The notes under the pieces are model-generated. The model saw nothing but the letters and a program-made list of their open reading frames with translations, made no database searches and was not told the origin of the DNA. Of a stretch of DNA of 64,000 nucleotides, positions 1 to 12,061 are shown piece by piece (within the stretch, counting starts at the first letter, position 1; each line of letters opens with the position of its first letter). The stretch comes from Kudoa neothunni. Taxonomy: Eukaryota > Animalia > Cnidaria. Both the position numbers and the translations under genes were made by a program. The stretch is from positions 212,148-276,147 of the forward strand of contig OZ199838.1 of assembly GCA_964304625.1 (NCBI GenBank). The letters run 5' to 3'.

Positions 1-37
1 AATATTTGTAAAAAATTATTAAATTTATTATTAATAA

Positions 38-84
38 ATCAAAAATATCATTAATTATATCATAAAATTAATGATATTTTTGAT
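38..84. repeat. 19-bp perfect inverted repeat with 9-nt spacer (in the presumed last intron of PCCB)
   Basis: atcaaaaatatcattaatt (38-56) is the reverse complement of aattaatgatatttttgat (66-84). Confidence 0.85.
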
Positions 85-221
85 ATAAACATAATTGAAA
101 ATTAAAAAAAAATAATATTACAAATTAATAGTAAACACCAGATAATTGATAATATTTAATTAAAGATTTAATAAAAGTTAAAATTTGATACTGTAACGAT
201 TATATATATTTGTGTATGTAG

Positions 222-343
222 GATACATCGACGATATAATCCAACCTAGAGAAACAAGATGGATGATAATCAACGACCTCAAGTTGCTCCGCCAAAAAAA
301 ATTATCAAATCCATGGAAAAAACATGATAATATACCACTTTGA
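222..343 (+). CDS. PCCB: Propionyl-CoA carboxylase beta chain, terminal exon (rest of gene is upstream of the window)
   Basis: After acceptor tgtag (AG at 220-221) the frame reads (G)YIDDIIQPRETRWMIINDLKLLRQKKLSNPWKKHDNIPL*, matching the PCCB C-terminus pattern GxxDDIIxP..TR....L..L..K....PWxKHxNIPL. TGA at 341-343. Confidence 0.9.
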
Positions 344-380
344 AGACACTCAAAATATAAATCAAAATCGAAATATAATT

Positions 381-2044
381 TTATTGTTTTTTTCGTTGGA
401 TCAAAGATTGTTTAACAATATTAGCCTCTTGAATGGTTTTGTCACCTTCTTTCTCCAAATTAATTTCTTGGGAGGGGGTAGAAAAGTTTATAGTAAACAA
501 GGGGCTGTCTGGTGTCATACTAAATACGCACGCACGCACGCACGCACGCACACACACAAACAATTATATTGGATAATGTGTATAAGAAAATCACCTAGCA
601 ACCACTTGGTAAAGTTGTCTTACAGTGTGTACAGTAGGATTTACATTGATATTTACCCTATAGAAAATAGAAAATAGAAATAACGATAAAATTATATTAT
701 ATTATTATATTGGATCATGTGGCCATGTTATTATTGATTAATTAATTAATTTACAGAAAGAGAGTAATAATTAACAACAAAATTATAGTGAGCAAGCTTA
801 ATAATGCATATTGGAAAATGTGTTTGAATAGAGGCCGGAGTGAGACAGTTTAGAATTAAAAACTTACAACTTTCCGGTAGCGAGACGAATTCGAACTTGC
901 TCATGAGGAAGAGATTGATCAACTTCTAATTCGAATGGTTGTTGATCGTTGGTCTGTGAGCTGTCGAAAAACGTAGGTGTAGGTCTAGAAAAATTGGGAG
1001 CGAATCTACGTGATCAACTTTAACACCTCATAGTTACTTACGTTCCTAACATCTGTCCTTTTCCGGTGAAAGCTTTAAATTTGTTGACGTATTCCACGTC
1101 GGTTCGATTGATTAGTTCCAATTTTCGTCGAGAATTTCCCATTATTTTAAGCAGCTCTGGAGGCATATAACTAGGTGATACATTTTAATACATGAAAGCA
1201 AATGTCACAACACTAGTCATATCATATTAAAATAATTTGATATAATTAAAAAATCAGTTAAAGTCAACAAAAACCCAACCCCTCCGAAAGATTTTTCAAT
1301 AATTTTATAGATTGAGGATCATCATAAGGAAAGAAAAACTCGTCATCATTTATAGTAAAACCGTTGGAGTAGGAGATTAGATTGAACATTTTTTCCTCAT
1401 CGGCATCCTACAAACGTTGAATCGTCCAAACAAACAAAAAATTTGATACTGGAGATGCGGGTTCTTTATAAAAGGAAATAATTGGAATAAACAATAAAAA
1501 AATTACTTGTGTTTTCATCATGAGATTGATCGAATTGGGTTTCTTGTTGTTTGAGAGCTACATCACTAATAATTCACCACAATTTCAACCGAATCAATAT
1601 TTATGAAAATTACCGCATATTTTTCATAAGGTTCATTGCATAATTCGGGGGATGCGAGCCACGGTGACTGTGTGGATCAATAATATTCAAACCACTTGTC
1701 AAAATGTTAACCAATCAATCCAACAAGCCATAGAATCCATAGAATCCATAAAATAGTACCTGTTCGCAGATCCACCAGCGTAATATTCGGTTTCATCATA
1801 TAGATCATTGGGATCGAATTTTTGTTTGTCACCATCCTCAAATTCCACATTAGGGTGTTGGGATGGGTGGTAATTATTCAAGGCACCCTAAAAGAAACTA
1901 ACAACGCGTTACTCGACCTAATCCCCATACCATAATATCGTAATTGTATTTTTCGAGTATTTCTTTGGCCAGCTGCTCGCTTACATCCGTCATCTCACAG
2001 AATGAGTTGATTATTTTCTCTTTCTCGGGGTCGGTTTTAGTCAT
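381..2044 (-). CDS. NSFL1C: NSFL1 cofactor p47 (UBA-SEP-SHP-UBX adaptor of p97), about 10 exons
   Basis: Hand-spliced with GT-AG introns: UBA-like MTKTDPEKEKIINSFCEMTDVSEQLAKEILEKYNYDIMGAL; YYAGGSANSGLNIIDP; SEP domain YSNGFTINDDEFFFPYDDPQS; SHP box FKAFTGKGQMLG; UBX VRIRLATGK...HTVRQLY...TIQEANIVKQSLIQRKKQ*. Confidence 0.92.
526..558. repeat. (ACGC)n(AC)n compound microsatellite in the last NSFL1C intron
   Basis: acgcacgcacgc...acacacaca read directly. Confidence 0.9.
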
Positions 2045-2068
2045 TCTTTGGCAATGTTGATTTAATAA

Positions 2069-2080
2069 TGCGCCTGCGCA
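2069..2080. promoter_or_regulatory. NRF1/EWG-like palindrome TGCGCCTGCGCA
   Basis: Matches the NRF1 consensus TGCGCnTGCGCA about 25 nt upstream of the NSFL1C ATG. Related copies at 2338, 2478, 3200, 7430, 28764 and 31738. Confidence 0.55.
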
Positions 2081-2953
2081 GCGTTAAGATAAAATTATGT
2101 AGAATTTCCGAAAATAATAGCATTTAATAAGCTCAAAGTTTATTAAAACTTTATTCAAATAAATGATGCTGGCCGCGAATTGGTTCTTGTTGGAAATTTA
2201 TTTTCCATTATCTCAGATCAATCCAATCTATGCGTGTAAACTTATCAACTATTATAATAACTTTTATAAATAATTCAATTTAATAATTAGAGATTTATCA
2301 ATTGATTTTATGGGTGCATTTATTCAACTGATGTTACTGCGTGCGCACTAAAGTTCAATATATTATTATTTGATTTTAAAACATAACGCTAAATTCAACT
2401 ATTTAATTAATTATTATTTTCTTCTTAATTGTTAAAATATTGAGGAAATTTTTTATAAATAAAATTTAAAAAAATTAGCGCTTGCGCATAATTATTATAT
2501 TATCTGGCTATACTAAAATACACTACGTTTGGCGATCAATCTGTTATTCTTTACACCGTGTAGTAGATTTGCTTTTATAGATAAAAATGTTGCAGAGATA
2601 TAAATTATATGAGAATTTTATTGATACAAGAAATTATTATGCAATAATAATCAAAATTATTGATTAATCGAATAATCCATTTATTTTTAATTCTTCCTAC
2701 ACATCTTGTGAGTAAAAATAAAAAAACTTATTGGTAACTCATAATGATTTACATTGGCTGGAATTTTTGAAATAACATGCAATTTATTGTAATGTTTTAT
2801 ATCGAATATCACAATTGTAGTCTCAAAACATGATTCTACTTCATTGAATCTTTAGAAAATAAATCAGCTTCTCTCTTATCTAAAGTATTTATCAATTAAA
2901 TACTTTAGATAATTAATAATGGAGTTTTCTGTGTAACTTAACTTAGCTTAGAT

Positions 2954-3120
2954 CACGGGTTCTCAACCTTTTTTTTTAATCGATTTCTTCAACCTTGTGG
3001 AAAATCCAAATTTAACCAATTAACTTGTAATCTTAAATCATATTTACTCTTAGATTTTATACTGATTTAAGTATTATTAAGCTACATCTCCGAAAAATAA
3101 ACGAGGCATAATAAATAATA
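2954..3120 (+). mobile_element. Deleted, degenerate hAT (Buster-type) MITE fragment related to 61585-62212
   Basis: Starts cacgggttctcaacc (CAGGGGTTCTCAACC-like TIR). Shares blocks such as gaaaatccaaattta...ttaacttg...ttttatactg and gctacatctc..gaaaa.taa.cg.ggcata with the 61585 element. Confidence 0.6.
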
Positions 3121-3693
3121 TTCAGATGGCACTAGTTTTGACTATATTTACATCTGTAAACACCTCGTAAGTAGAAATTGTTGAGACTAAAATTTTTAAC
3201 GCGCATGCGTACATGCAGTTTAGGATCAAATTTTACCGCGCCAATAGCTGCTGCCATTTATAAATGACAGTGGCTATTCTTACGACAATGAATATCTTCT
3301 TCCCCACTTTAGATATTTCAAATCTGAATTTAAAAACGTGTGATTGCATTTTTTTCCTGTAGAATTTTTAAATTTTTATAAATTATTGTTTTGGTTATCT
3401 TAGTTCGTAAGTTTTTGGTATCATCTCTGGCTTTCGACTAATTATTACGATTATAAACCAGTTATTTTTACATTTTATACAATGTGTGCATATTTAAAAA
3501 AATGTTTACGCCAATTGTGATAATGTAACTTTATTTACACATGAACTCATTGGTCCATGTGTCAACGTTATTATCCGATACGAATTAATTGTATGAACTG
3601 TTATCATTCTATAAGATATTTAAATCATAATTTTGCGAGCATTGATGATTTTTTTTTAATCTTATATAAAATAGACTTGGCCGAATAAATTTT

Positions 3694-6164
3694 ATGCCAT
3701 CATGTGATAATGAATGTTATGAAACAGTAAAATATAAATCATAATCCGAAACCCATTTTTGTTAATCTTTATGATCTTCTATAGCGATTCTTCTCGATTG
3801 GAGAACTTATACTCGTACCTCAAGACGACCAAAAAATCAGTCGTGCATGCGCGTGCCACATTAAAAGTATAACAAATTTTCCAACATTTGTCTGATATTT
3901 TTGTTTCCAATGCACACCAAAAAATCCAACACTTGTGAAGGAGAAGGTCTATTTGTCGACCGAGGTTATAATCTTGGGGATCAAATACATTCAGAGGCGC
4001 CATTATTTGGGGTAGTATTCCCGGAAAACAGCCAATCGTATTGTGCCTATTGTTACAAATATCTACGAAATAGTCAATCATCAGTTGATGCGTGTAATCA
4101 ATGTCAAATGGTTTATTATTGCAACAAAAGTTGTCGTCATCTCGACTACAAGCAACATACGCTGGAATGTGAGCTTTTGCAACGCTCCACCGTGTCTTAT
4201 GACTTTGAGTATCCTTCGATGTTGAGGATAGCTGCCAAAATAATAACCTCACAAAACAACAAGGATAACAACGATATTATCGATAGAATAAATGCCACCA
4301 ATTATCTCGATGATATCGTCGCTCGATTAGACTCTGATACAACTTCTCTAATAGTTAAATTTGAGAAATATCTAATGATAACTATCAAGCCGCTCAGCAG
4401 TATAAACTTTTCCAAATTATTTATCTACCTTAAAACTAATCTAATAACAATTGGCGACGTGACTTATATTGGTAGTTATTTTCGATAAACAACCTCCATT
4501 CTATTTTAATGTTTGATTTTTTGCTATGCGTGTTTGTGTAGGAGTAGGCCTGTATAATTTGTGCTCGAAAATAAATCATAGCTGCCAACCAAATTGCGTG
4601 GTTTCGTTTGTTCAAAATCGCATCCACCTATATCCAGCAAGAGAATTGCATAAAGATGAGGAACTTTTTGTGAATTATTGTTCCACTAGTTTTGAGATAA
4701 TGGAAAGACAGTCCACTCTATCAGAAACCTATTTTTTTCGGTAGTTTAATGAACCATTTTTTTAATAACTCCCTCAAATTTAGGTGTAAATGTGAAATGT
4801 GTATCCTAGATGGTAACCATCCCAAAGATCTGATAATAAAGGAGACTGGTAATATTGTTTTGAAACTATTTACTCTCTTGTACCTGAATTTGATTCACTA
4901 ACACAACAATTATCTCCAAATAAATATAAATAATCTAAATATTAAGATACAGTGTATATCATTTAAATTAATGGTTTAAAGCTTGTATTCGATCTAAAAC
5001 CAATCAGTTGTAAAATTACTCGAGTATACAGTGACTTTGCGAAATCCTGGTTTTCAATTTATTTAATCAGAATCTTCTTAACTTTATATCATCTATATCA
5101 CTCACGTAAAATTGTTCTACTAACAGGCACAATTCTATGAAAATCTTATTTCATTTGTTTTTAATTCAAACTTTTTTTAAAAAGAATATTTTTTATTCGT
5201 ATAATTAATTTACTATTTAAACAAGGAAAATTACAACCTTCCTTGTCTAATTTTTTTCCATATTAATAGATTGAATAGACAAACAGTAAAAAAACAACGT
5301 AATTGTTTATCGATTTCTCAGTGGATCATTTTCAATTATTTTTTACTAATTTTTAAGAGTCGTATTTATACCACCTTTGGTTTGAATTAAAAATTAAACG
5401 ACAGATTGTGTTTAAAAAACCAATATTTTATGTATTTCCCTCCAACTATTGAGAAAATATTCCGCAAAATTATAAATTTCTTAAATTATTGTTAATATTT
5501 TATTTATTTATATAAAGTTAATCGGGTGGGGATATTCTAATGTGGATTCATAAATTTACATCATTTGCAGACGATTTCAAATCCAACCAGACACTCTATA
5601 AAAGTTGTGTTGATGTGGAAGAGTTGTTGAGAAATAAAAAATATCGCCAACTTTGCCAACAAATCATTGGTGACAATCCCGATCACGATGTTATTCCTCT
5701 CAAGTTGAAAGCAATGATTTCACTTTCCGACGTATGTTGAAATCTTGTAGAGGCGATTGTAAAGACCACACATTAAAAAATTTCCATTCTTAGGATAGAA
5801 GATTTATTGAAGAGTGTCCTAAGCTGACGTATCAACTGGTTAATCGAATTCTAGTCGCCTGGAAAAAATTAAGTGGTCCAAATCCCTCTCAAATCTATGC
5901 AAAACATTTTTGCAGCGCTAGTATCGATTTATAATTTTCCAATTGAATAAAATTCCTTTAGTTCATTTTGAGAAAAATATGTTTCATCAAATCCACTCCT
6001 CTGACCGAACCCTTTGCGAACCATCCTCTGTGCTTTTGGAGAAAGCTCGAAATTTATATGGGAAAATTTGTCAATGTGAGGAGCTTCTTAGGCTTTTCTT
6101 TCCTCCCAATCATGACTTTATTCTGAATATTCTTAGTCATAAAAGCGAATTTTCTTTTCTTTAA
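3694..6164 (+). CDS. SMYD-family (SET and MYND) lysine methyltransferase, about 8 exons
   Basis: MYND finger CAYC...CNQC..VYYCNKSC...H..EC; SET motifs GLYNLCSKINHSCQPNC and EELFVNY; post-SET CKCEMC. One larger intron (about 4849-5570); stop at 6162-6164. The start (MPSCDNECYET) is inferred from splice phase. Confidence 0.88.
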
Positions 6165-7524
6165 TTATTTTACCTTCAAATGACAAATTGTTAGAAACTG
6201 GCGATTAAATAAGTAATCTAATAGTTATTTTTGAGTGCAGAACGGGTCAGTGGATTAGTTATTACCCTCTGTGTTTATTTGCCGCATTATTTTTAAGCTA
6301 TTCAATGTGTTTGATAAGTGGGGTTATAAATGCGAGTAAGGCTGAAGTTTATTTTAGGTGTATAACGGCGAAAACATAAATCAATTCAACCTAATTTACA
6401 TTACATATTTTAAACAGCCAAAATATATACTCCCAAGTTAATGCAAAGTCCATGGCTTTTTACAACATCCAAGAACACTTAGAGTGAATCGAATATGTGT
6501 AATTAAAGACAGCGTAATGTGTTCAACAGGATAAATGTAGGTCAGGCAATTCAATGAAAACATAATTTCATATTTTAAAACTAAAACATTATTTGCATCC
6601 CATCACTTTGATTAACTCTCGAAGTTTACAAGATGAATACCCTAAAAAATTAGACATAATCCAAAATTTGTTCAAATAAGAATGCCTGCGAAATAGACAC
6701 TTTATAAGATACGTTTATTTTAAATAATTTTACTTATAGGAGTGAGCGTAACTTTTCGTTAAAAACAAATGGATGTTTTGTCTGTAATCAAGTCAAAAAC
6801 ATTGAGAATTCATTGAGAACCCGTTATAAATTTATTCTTGGTATAGGATGTGGCAAAAATGTTTTAATTTAATGAATAAGATTCGTATTCGTGACGTTTT
6901 CAATGACATTTTTACCACAAATGCTTCACTAAATATCAAGACCGTTAGTAATATTATTGGGTGACACTGTATTAATGTTTACAAAAAATTAACGAATATT
7001 AACAATAAATGATTTTCCTTCGGTCAGAATTTGTCAACAAGTGCACCTACGACACCCCAAATATGAAAATTTGTTTGCGATTAAGATACTATATCAATAG
7101 TTTAAATATAACAGTTTTTAACCTATTATATACTTTGATTTACATTTTAATGTACAAAGTTAAGACTACTAGGATTAATAACATTGAAATACACTTCTGT
7201 GACTTTAATTTTTCAAATAAATTAAACCTAACATAGCAAATACGATATATGAGGTGCGTACTTAATATAATTAACATTTCCAGAGTCTATTTTTAATCAT
7301 ATACACATACAAAAATTGTAAAAACTAAAATATGACTCTACTTCTAAAATGGATATTCTTTTGTAAATTTTAGTTTAATTAATTTGTGGTTTTTAACAAT
7401 AATTCAAGGGGAGCATAAAATATGCTTTTCGCGCACGCGTAATGTGAACCAGAGATTGTGCAGCCGGGTCTAAACCACTGTTCTTTTCCTATATATCAAT
7501 AAATTGCAACAAATAAAAGAAAAT

Positions 7525-9404
7525 ATGAATGAAGAATTTGGGCCAGATGATGAGAGGCATTATAAAAACTGGGATAAAAAGGTAAGCACTCGAATCCAAC
7601 CCAAAATAAATGCATATTAAAATTGGCCACCCTATTTTATTACAGAAACTAATCGATTATATATTGGAATTGAGGAAAACTAAATCTAAAAATATAAAAA
7701 CGAACAAAGGAAAAAAGAAAAAATGCATAAATTTTCTAGAGTGATTTCATCATATTTATGCGGACAGAATTTGTGATTGGTTTCAGATACGAATTCCAGT
7801 ACGTCGCACTTCATATAGCTTATATTGGTTGGAGTTACCATGGATTCGCTATTCAAAACAACACCAACGATACTATTGAAGTATTTGAACGTTGGGGATG
7901 GATTGGATGGATCCCGATATTTTTATTTGTTTTCAATGTACATAGGAAAAATTAGTGAACGCCTTCTACAAACTAAACCTATGGGATAGGTCAATTGAAA
8001 ATCCTTTCACTCGTTACAATTTTAGCAAATGTGGAAGAACTGATTCGGAGGTTTCAGCTTTTAATCAGGTGGTTTGTTGCTATCTGAGAACTAACCGAAA
8101 GTTAAACACCGTCAAATTGGTTGACGATTTAAGTGAGTTCGACATTTTTACAATCATCAAATTACTCACTATCAAGCGGAAACACAACGAATGAAACAAG
8201 ATGAAAACCTTTATGTTTTTCATTTAAATAGAATTCTTCCTGTGGATATTCAAGTCGTCGGGTGGACATCTATTAACAGCCTTCCTAATTTAAGTGCTAG
8301 GTTAATTGAATCGCTTCGGCAGTCACTAGCCAATATTTCTTTTAGATATAGTTGTCAATCGAGGAGTTACAAATATTTTTTACTTGATGACAACATGAAT
8401 TTGGATGTAAGTTAGGTTTTTTTGTATAGCTGTTAAACTTGGAATATTTTTGATACGGAGATTAGAATATGCATAAGGCCTGTAACTATTTCAAAGGGGA
8501 ACATGATTTTAGAAACTTTTGTAAAGTAAAATTTTGCTTTACTTGTGTAAAAAAATATTTTTTAATTTGACATTCAGTTGTCACTTCAAAACAAAAAATC
8601 TTCATTTGTGAGAACCATTCACGATATTACACTGGAGAAGAATAATAGTTGTGGCGCGTAATTAATTTGGTTTCAGGCTGGATAAAACTTACATTTGAAT
8701 TAGATCATTTTTAGTACTCAAAGTGAAAGCCAATGGATTTCTTTGGCATCAAATACGTAATATGGTAGCAGTTTTGATGATGGTTGGCAAAAATTATGAA
8801 ACACCTGAGGTTTTCGATTCTACCAACATGGTTAACGATAAATTCAATGTTTTTGTGTTTGTGTTAGGTGGTACAACAACTCTTAGATATAAACATATTC
8901 AAACAAATCCCACAATATGATATGGCGCCGGGTAGTTGTTGTGAATATGAATCTTTGGTAGTTTTGATTAGGTTTATCGCTTGTGTTGGATTTGTGTGAA
9001 TTTCCTGATATTCCTTGGTAATTATAATATTGAAAGTTAATATATAGACGGAGTAATTATTCTAAAATTTTTTAGGTATTTTAAAATTATGCAAAAATGG
9101 AACTCGCAACGAGATGAATTTTGTACAAAGTTTTAAAAACCACTTTTCGGTCGTTTGCTACATTTTGTGGTTTACCTTTAGAACAGTCTTGTGGGATTAC
9201 TATTGTGAGAGATTGAATTCGATAGTACCCAAATGTGAGTTGCAATCGTTAAAATTAAAACAAAATGAAAAACACAAACATAAGGTACTATCTACTCGAC
9301 CTGTTTGTGGTAATTTGACTGTGCCGTTGCGTCATCCGTCTCACCTCTTTCTAGCTGCAAGAGACAAGATAATCGCTGAATGTTTGAAATTAAAAACTGG
9401 TTAG
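7525..9404 (+). CDS. PUS3: tRNA pseudouridine(38/39) synthase, TruA family, multi-exon
   Basis: Motifs YIGWSYHGFAIQ, CGRTDSEVSAFNQV, LNRILPVDIQV, R.YKYF, GEHDFRNFCK and GFLWHQIRNMVAVL lie in exons separated by short GT-AG introns. Confidence 0.88.
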
Positions 9405-10026
9405 GAATCTTTCACTTTTATTTTATTTTAATTCAATGTAAAATTGTGGTTATAAAAATAGTAATTTTGATAATTTTCGTTATTTGATCTCTTGCAATAA
9501 TTCGTTGGAAGCTTTTTTTTGGCGAGATTTTTTTGTACACAAACGCAATATTACTGAATATTTGGTTTTATAATTTTTTACAATATTTATAAACCCATTA
9601 TTTATTTATTCATTCCGGGTATTTTAATAATAAATATAATTGATATAAATTGTTAATTAATAAGAAAAAACATAATTGTACTCTAGTTGGTTTTTTATTA
9701 ATTTACAAATTCTACATATAATACATAGAAATATTTGTTATTTAATAATTTAACTTTCTGAATTATATTTGTTTGGACATCTTATCTAACATATTTTACA
9801 ATTTTTTATTAATTAATTAAATAATTTTGTATTCATTATTCAGATATTGTAAGTCGCTAAGACCAAAAACAAACATGGCACACCGCGCAAAATTGTTTCA
9901 AATACTTTTATTAATCGATTTTTAACTTAGAATTTAAATGGCAGCTAGAAAATACGTTTAAAAAATGAAATAAACATCTTATTTACAAATAAATCCCTTT
10001 TTCAGTTTGAAGCATTTTTTACAAGC

Positions 10027-11095
10027 TAAAACCCCTGGCGCAACTTATTAAGATGTAGAGTTATGGCTGATTAGACCTTCCCCAATAACGCCGTAGGTCA
10101 GTGGTCTTCAACATTTTTGGAACCACGGAACCCCCAAAAAAATAACAAATATTTTCAGTTTATTTTGTATTAAAAACAAATAAAAATTAATATGATATTT
10201 GTGGTTGGTGAATTCGTATTACAGATACAATAATCGGATATTTTTTGTCTCATGTTAAAGCGTTTAATCGAAAGCGATAACTTTTTGAATAGTGTTCATA
10301 AGCGAAAGCAAGAATGGGTCATTCACTTTCTGTTGCTTCAATTGTGATAGAACAACACGATACTTGATATCGCAAAATGTTTGCTATGCAGAAAATTTAT
10401 AGAGGGAAAAGATGAAACGATAACAAAATTTGATGTAATTCGGGTTCTTGCATTCAAAAACGAACTCAGATTCTTGAAGCATCGCTACCATGATTCAGTG
10501 GGGTTTTAAAATCTTTATTATTAAAATTATTCTAAATTTAGGTAGTTGTTATGGGAATAATAATTAATTAAAATGGCCAAAATTGTTCATATTTGACATC
10601 GCCAAATATAACGGCAACATTTATTTAAATTTTGATGTCAATAAAAAAATGTTCATATGTATTCCTGCCGCGGATCCCCCGGTTGAAAAACCACTGCTGT
10701 AGGCATTGCCGGCTAGTAACATCTATCCTTCACCCCTTATTTTCGGCGGCAATGTGGGAATTTAACCCATTAAACATCTTCGTTTCGGGGAAACCATCAT
10801 CCCAAACCCTATTCATAAATCCATAAGAACTTTGGCTCTACAGAGATTTCGAGCCTGTTAGTACATCCCTGACGATTCAAACGTCTAATTCAACCTCCTC
10901 TACTAGATCGAACTGTGACTGCAAGTGAAATTACTTTTATAATGCAATTTCACTGTAACAAAAGACAAAAGACAAAAGCTCCCGTACGGAATAGAGACAC
11001 ACTCGTACGGAAACAGTAGACTGATCAGCAGCGGGAATCGAACTCAATACCTTCGGGTATTGTGTCCAGTCACCACACCACTAGGTGGTTTGTCC
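10027..11095 (-). mobile_element. tRNA-derived SINE, copy 1 (interrupted by the hAT MITE at 10099-10696)
   Basis: Minus-strand head with A-box-like CCTAGTGG and B-box GTTCGATTC (within 11033-11045). Colinear similarity with 60693-61126 on both sides of the MITE. Confidence 0.75.
10099..10696. mobile_element. Non-autonomous hAT (Buster/Charlie-type) MITE
   Basis: TIRs cagtggtcttcaac / gttgaaaaaccactg; imperfect 8-bp TSD with central TA (ccgtaggt / ctgtaggc). Confidence 0.8.
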
Positions 11096-12061
11096 TCGGC
11101 GGAGCTATCATCTCACTCGGAAAAAATTCCATCTGGGTGCGCTCAGAAGGCTAAATTCCCTTTAGTATTTTTGTTTCTAACCCCATTTTGCATACACACA
11201 CAAAGTAGATTTAGAGAGCTCTTTCCTTTAAATATCAGAAAATTTTAATTGAAAAAATTCATATTCTTTATTAAAATGCGTAATCCTTACAGTTATAATA
11301 AATAAGACATTAATTTAAAAATAATAAATTTATTTATTAATGATATCAATTGATTAATAAACCTAACTCATTCTTGTCTGTGTCTCTCAAGCCATATTCT
11401 TGCGTTGAAAAGATTGTTTCCTTTATAAATATAGCTGGGGACAAAATTTCCTTTTTTCTCAGTAAAAATAATTAAAATAAACATGAGGGTTCATACAAAA
11501 AATTAGAAAAAACAAAGATTGAGTTACCACATTATAATGTATCACACATAAAGCAAGTCATACCGCATTATCGATTTTTGAAGCTTTTACGCCCTATTGA
11601 CGTTACATATTAGGATTATTGAAAACATATAGCATCAGGGAAAATAAGATCACGCAATTATGATCTACCTCTTTAGACGCAAGATAAGGGTATGTATGTA
11701 AACAAGCCTTTGAGTACTAAGACTTTTTTAGCACTGTGGCAACAACTGCCAGAATAACTAAAAATAACAATTCCACCTGTTAAGAACATCAATATTTGAA
11801 CCATAATAGTAAGTATACTCAAGGGATGTGCTCCGATTAGACTATTCTAATTTCAATTCGATATTATTAAAAAACAAACGGTACGAGAATCTAAACCCCA
11901 AGCGATAAATTGATAATCTCGAAATTAATTGCAAGTGCTACGCAAGATCAACTTAGGTAAGATATGACAATAAGAGATTCTGGGAGAAAGAAAAAGTATC
12001 TTTAAATAAACAATATATACTACGATAACATTATTGCCGTTTGACGAATAGCTTATTTTAA

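Noticed and set aside
324-677. 117-aa plus-strand ORF
   Set aside because: Antisense to NSFL1C terminal exons and runs through a microsatellite (HARTH repeats).
3779-4252. 157-aa minus-strand ORF
   Set aside because: Antisense shadow of SMYD exons.
6955-6972. Tc1/mariner-like end (gggtgacactgta)
   Set aside because: No partner TIR or transposase found.
11030-11095. Possible tRNA gene
   Set aside because: No complete cloverleaf, and it is followed by a body shared with 60693-61126, so it is treated as a SINE head.
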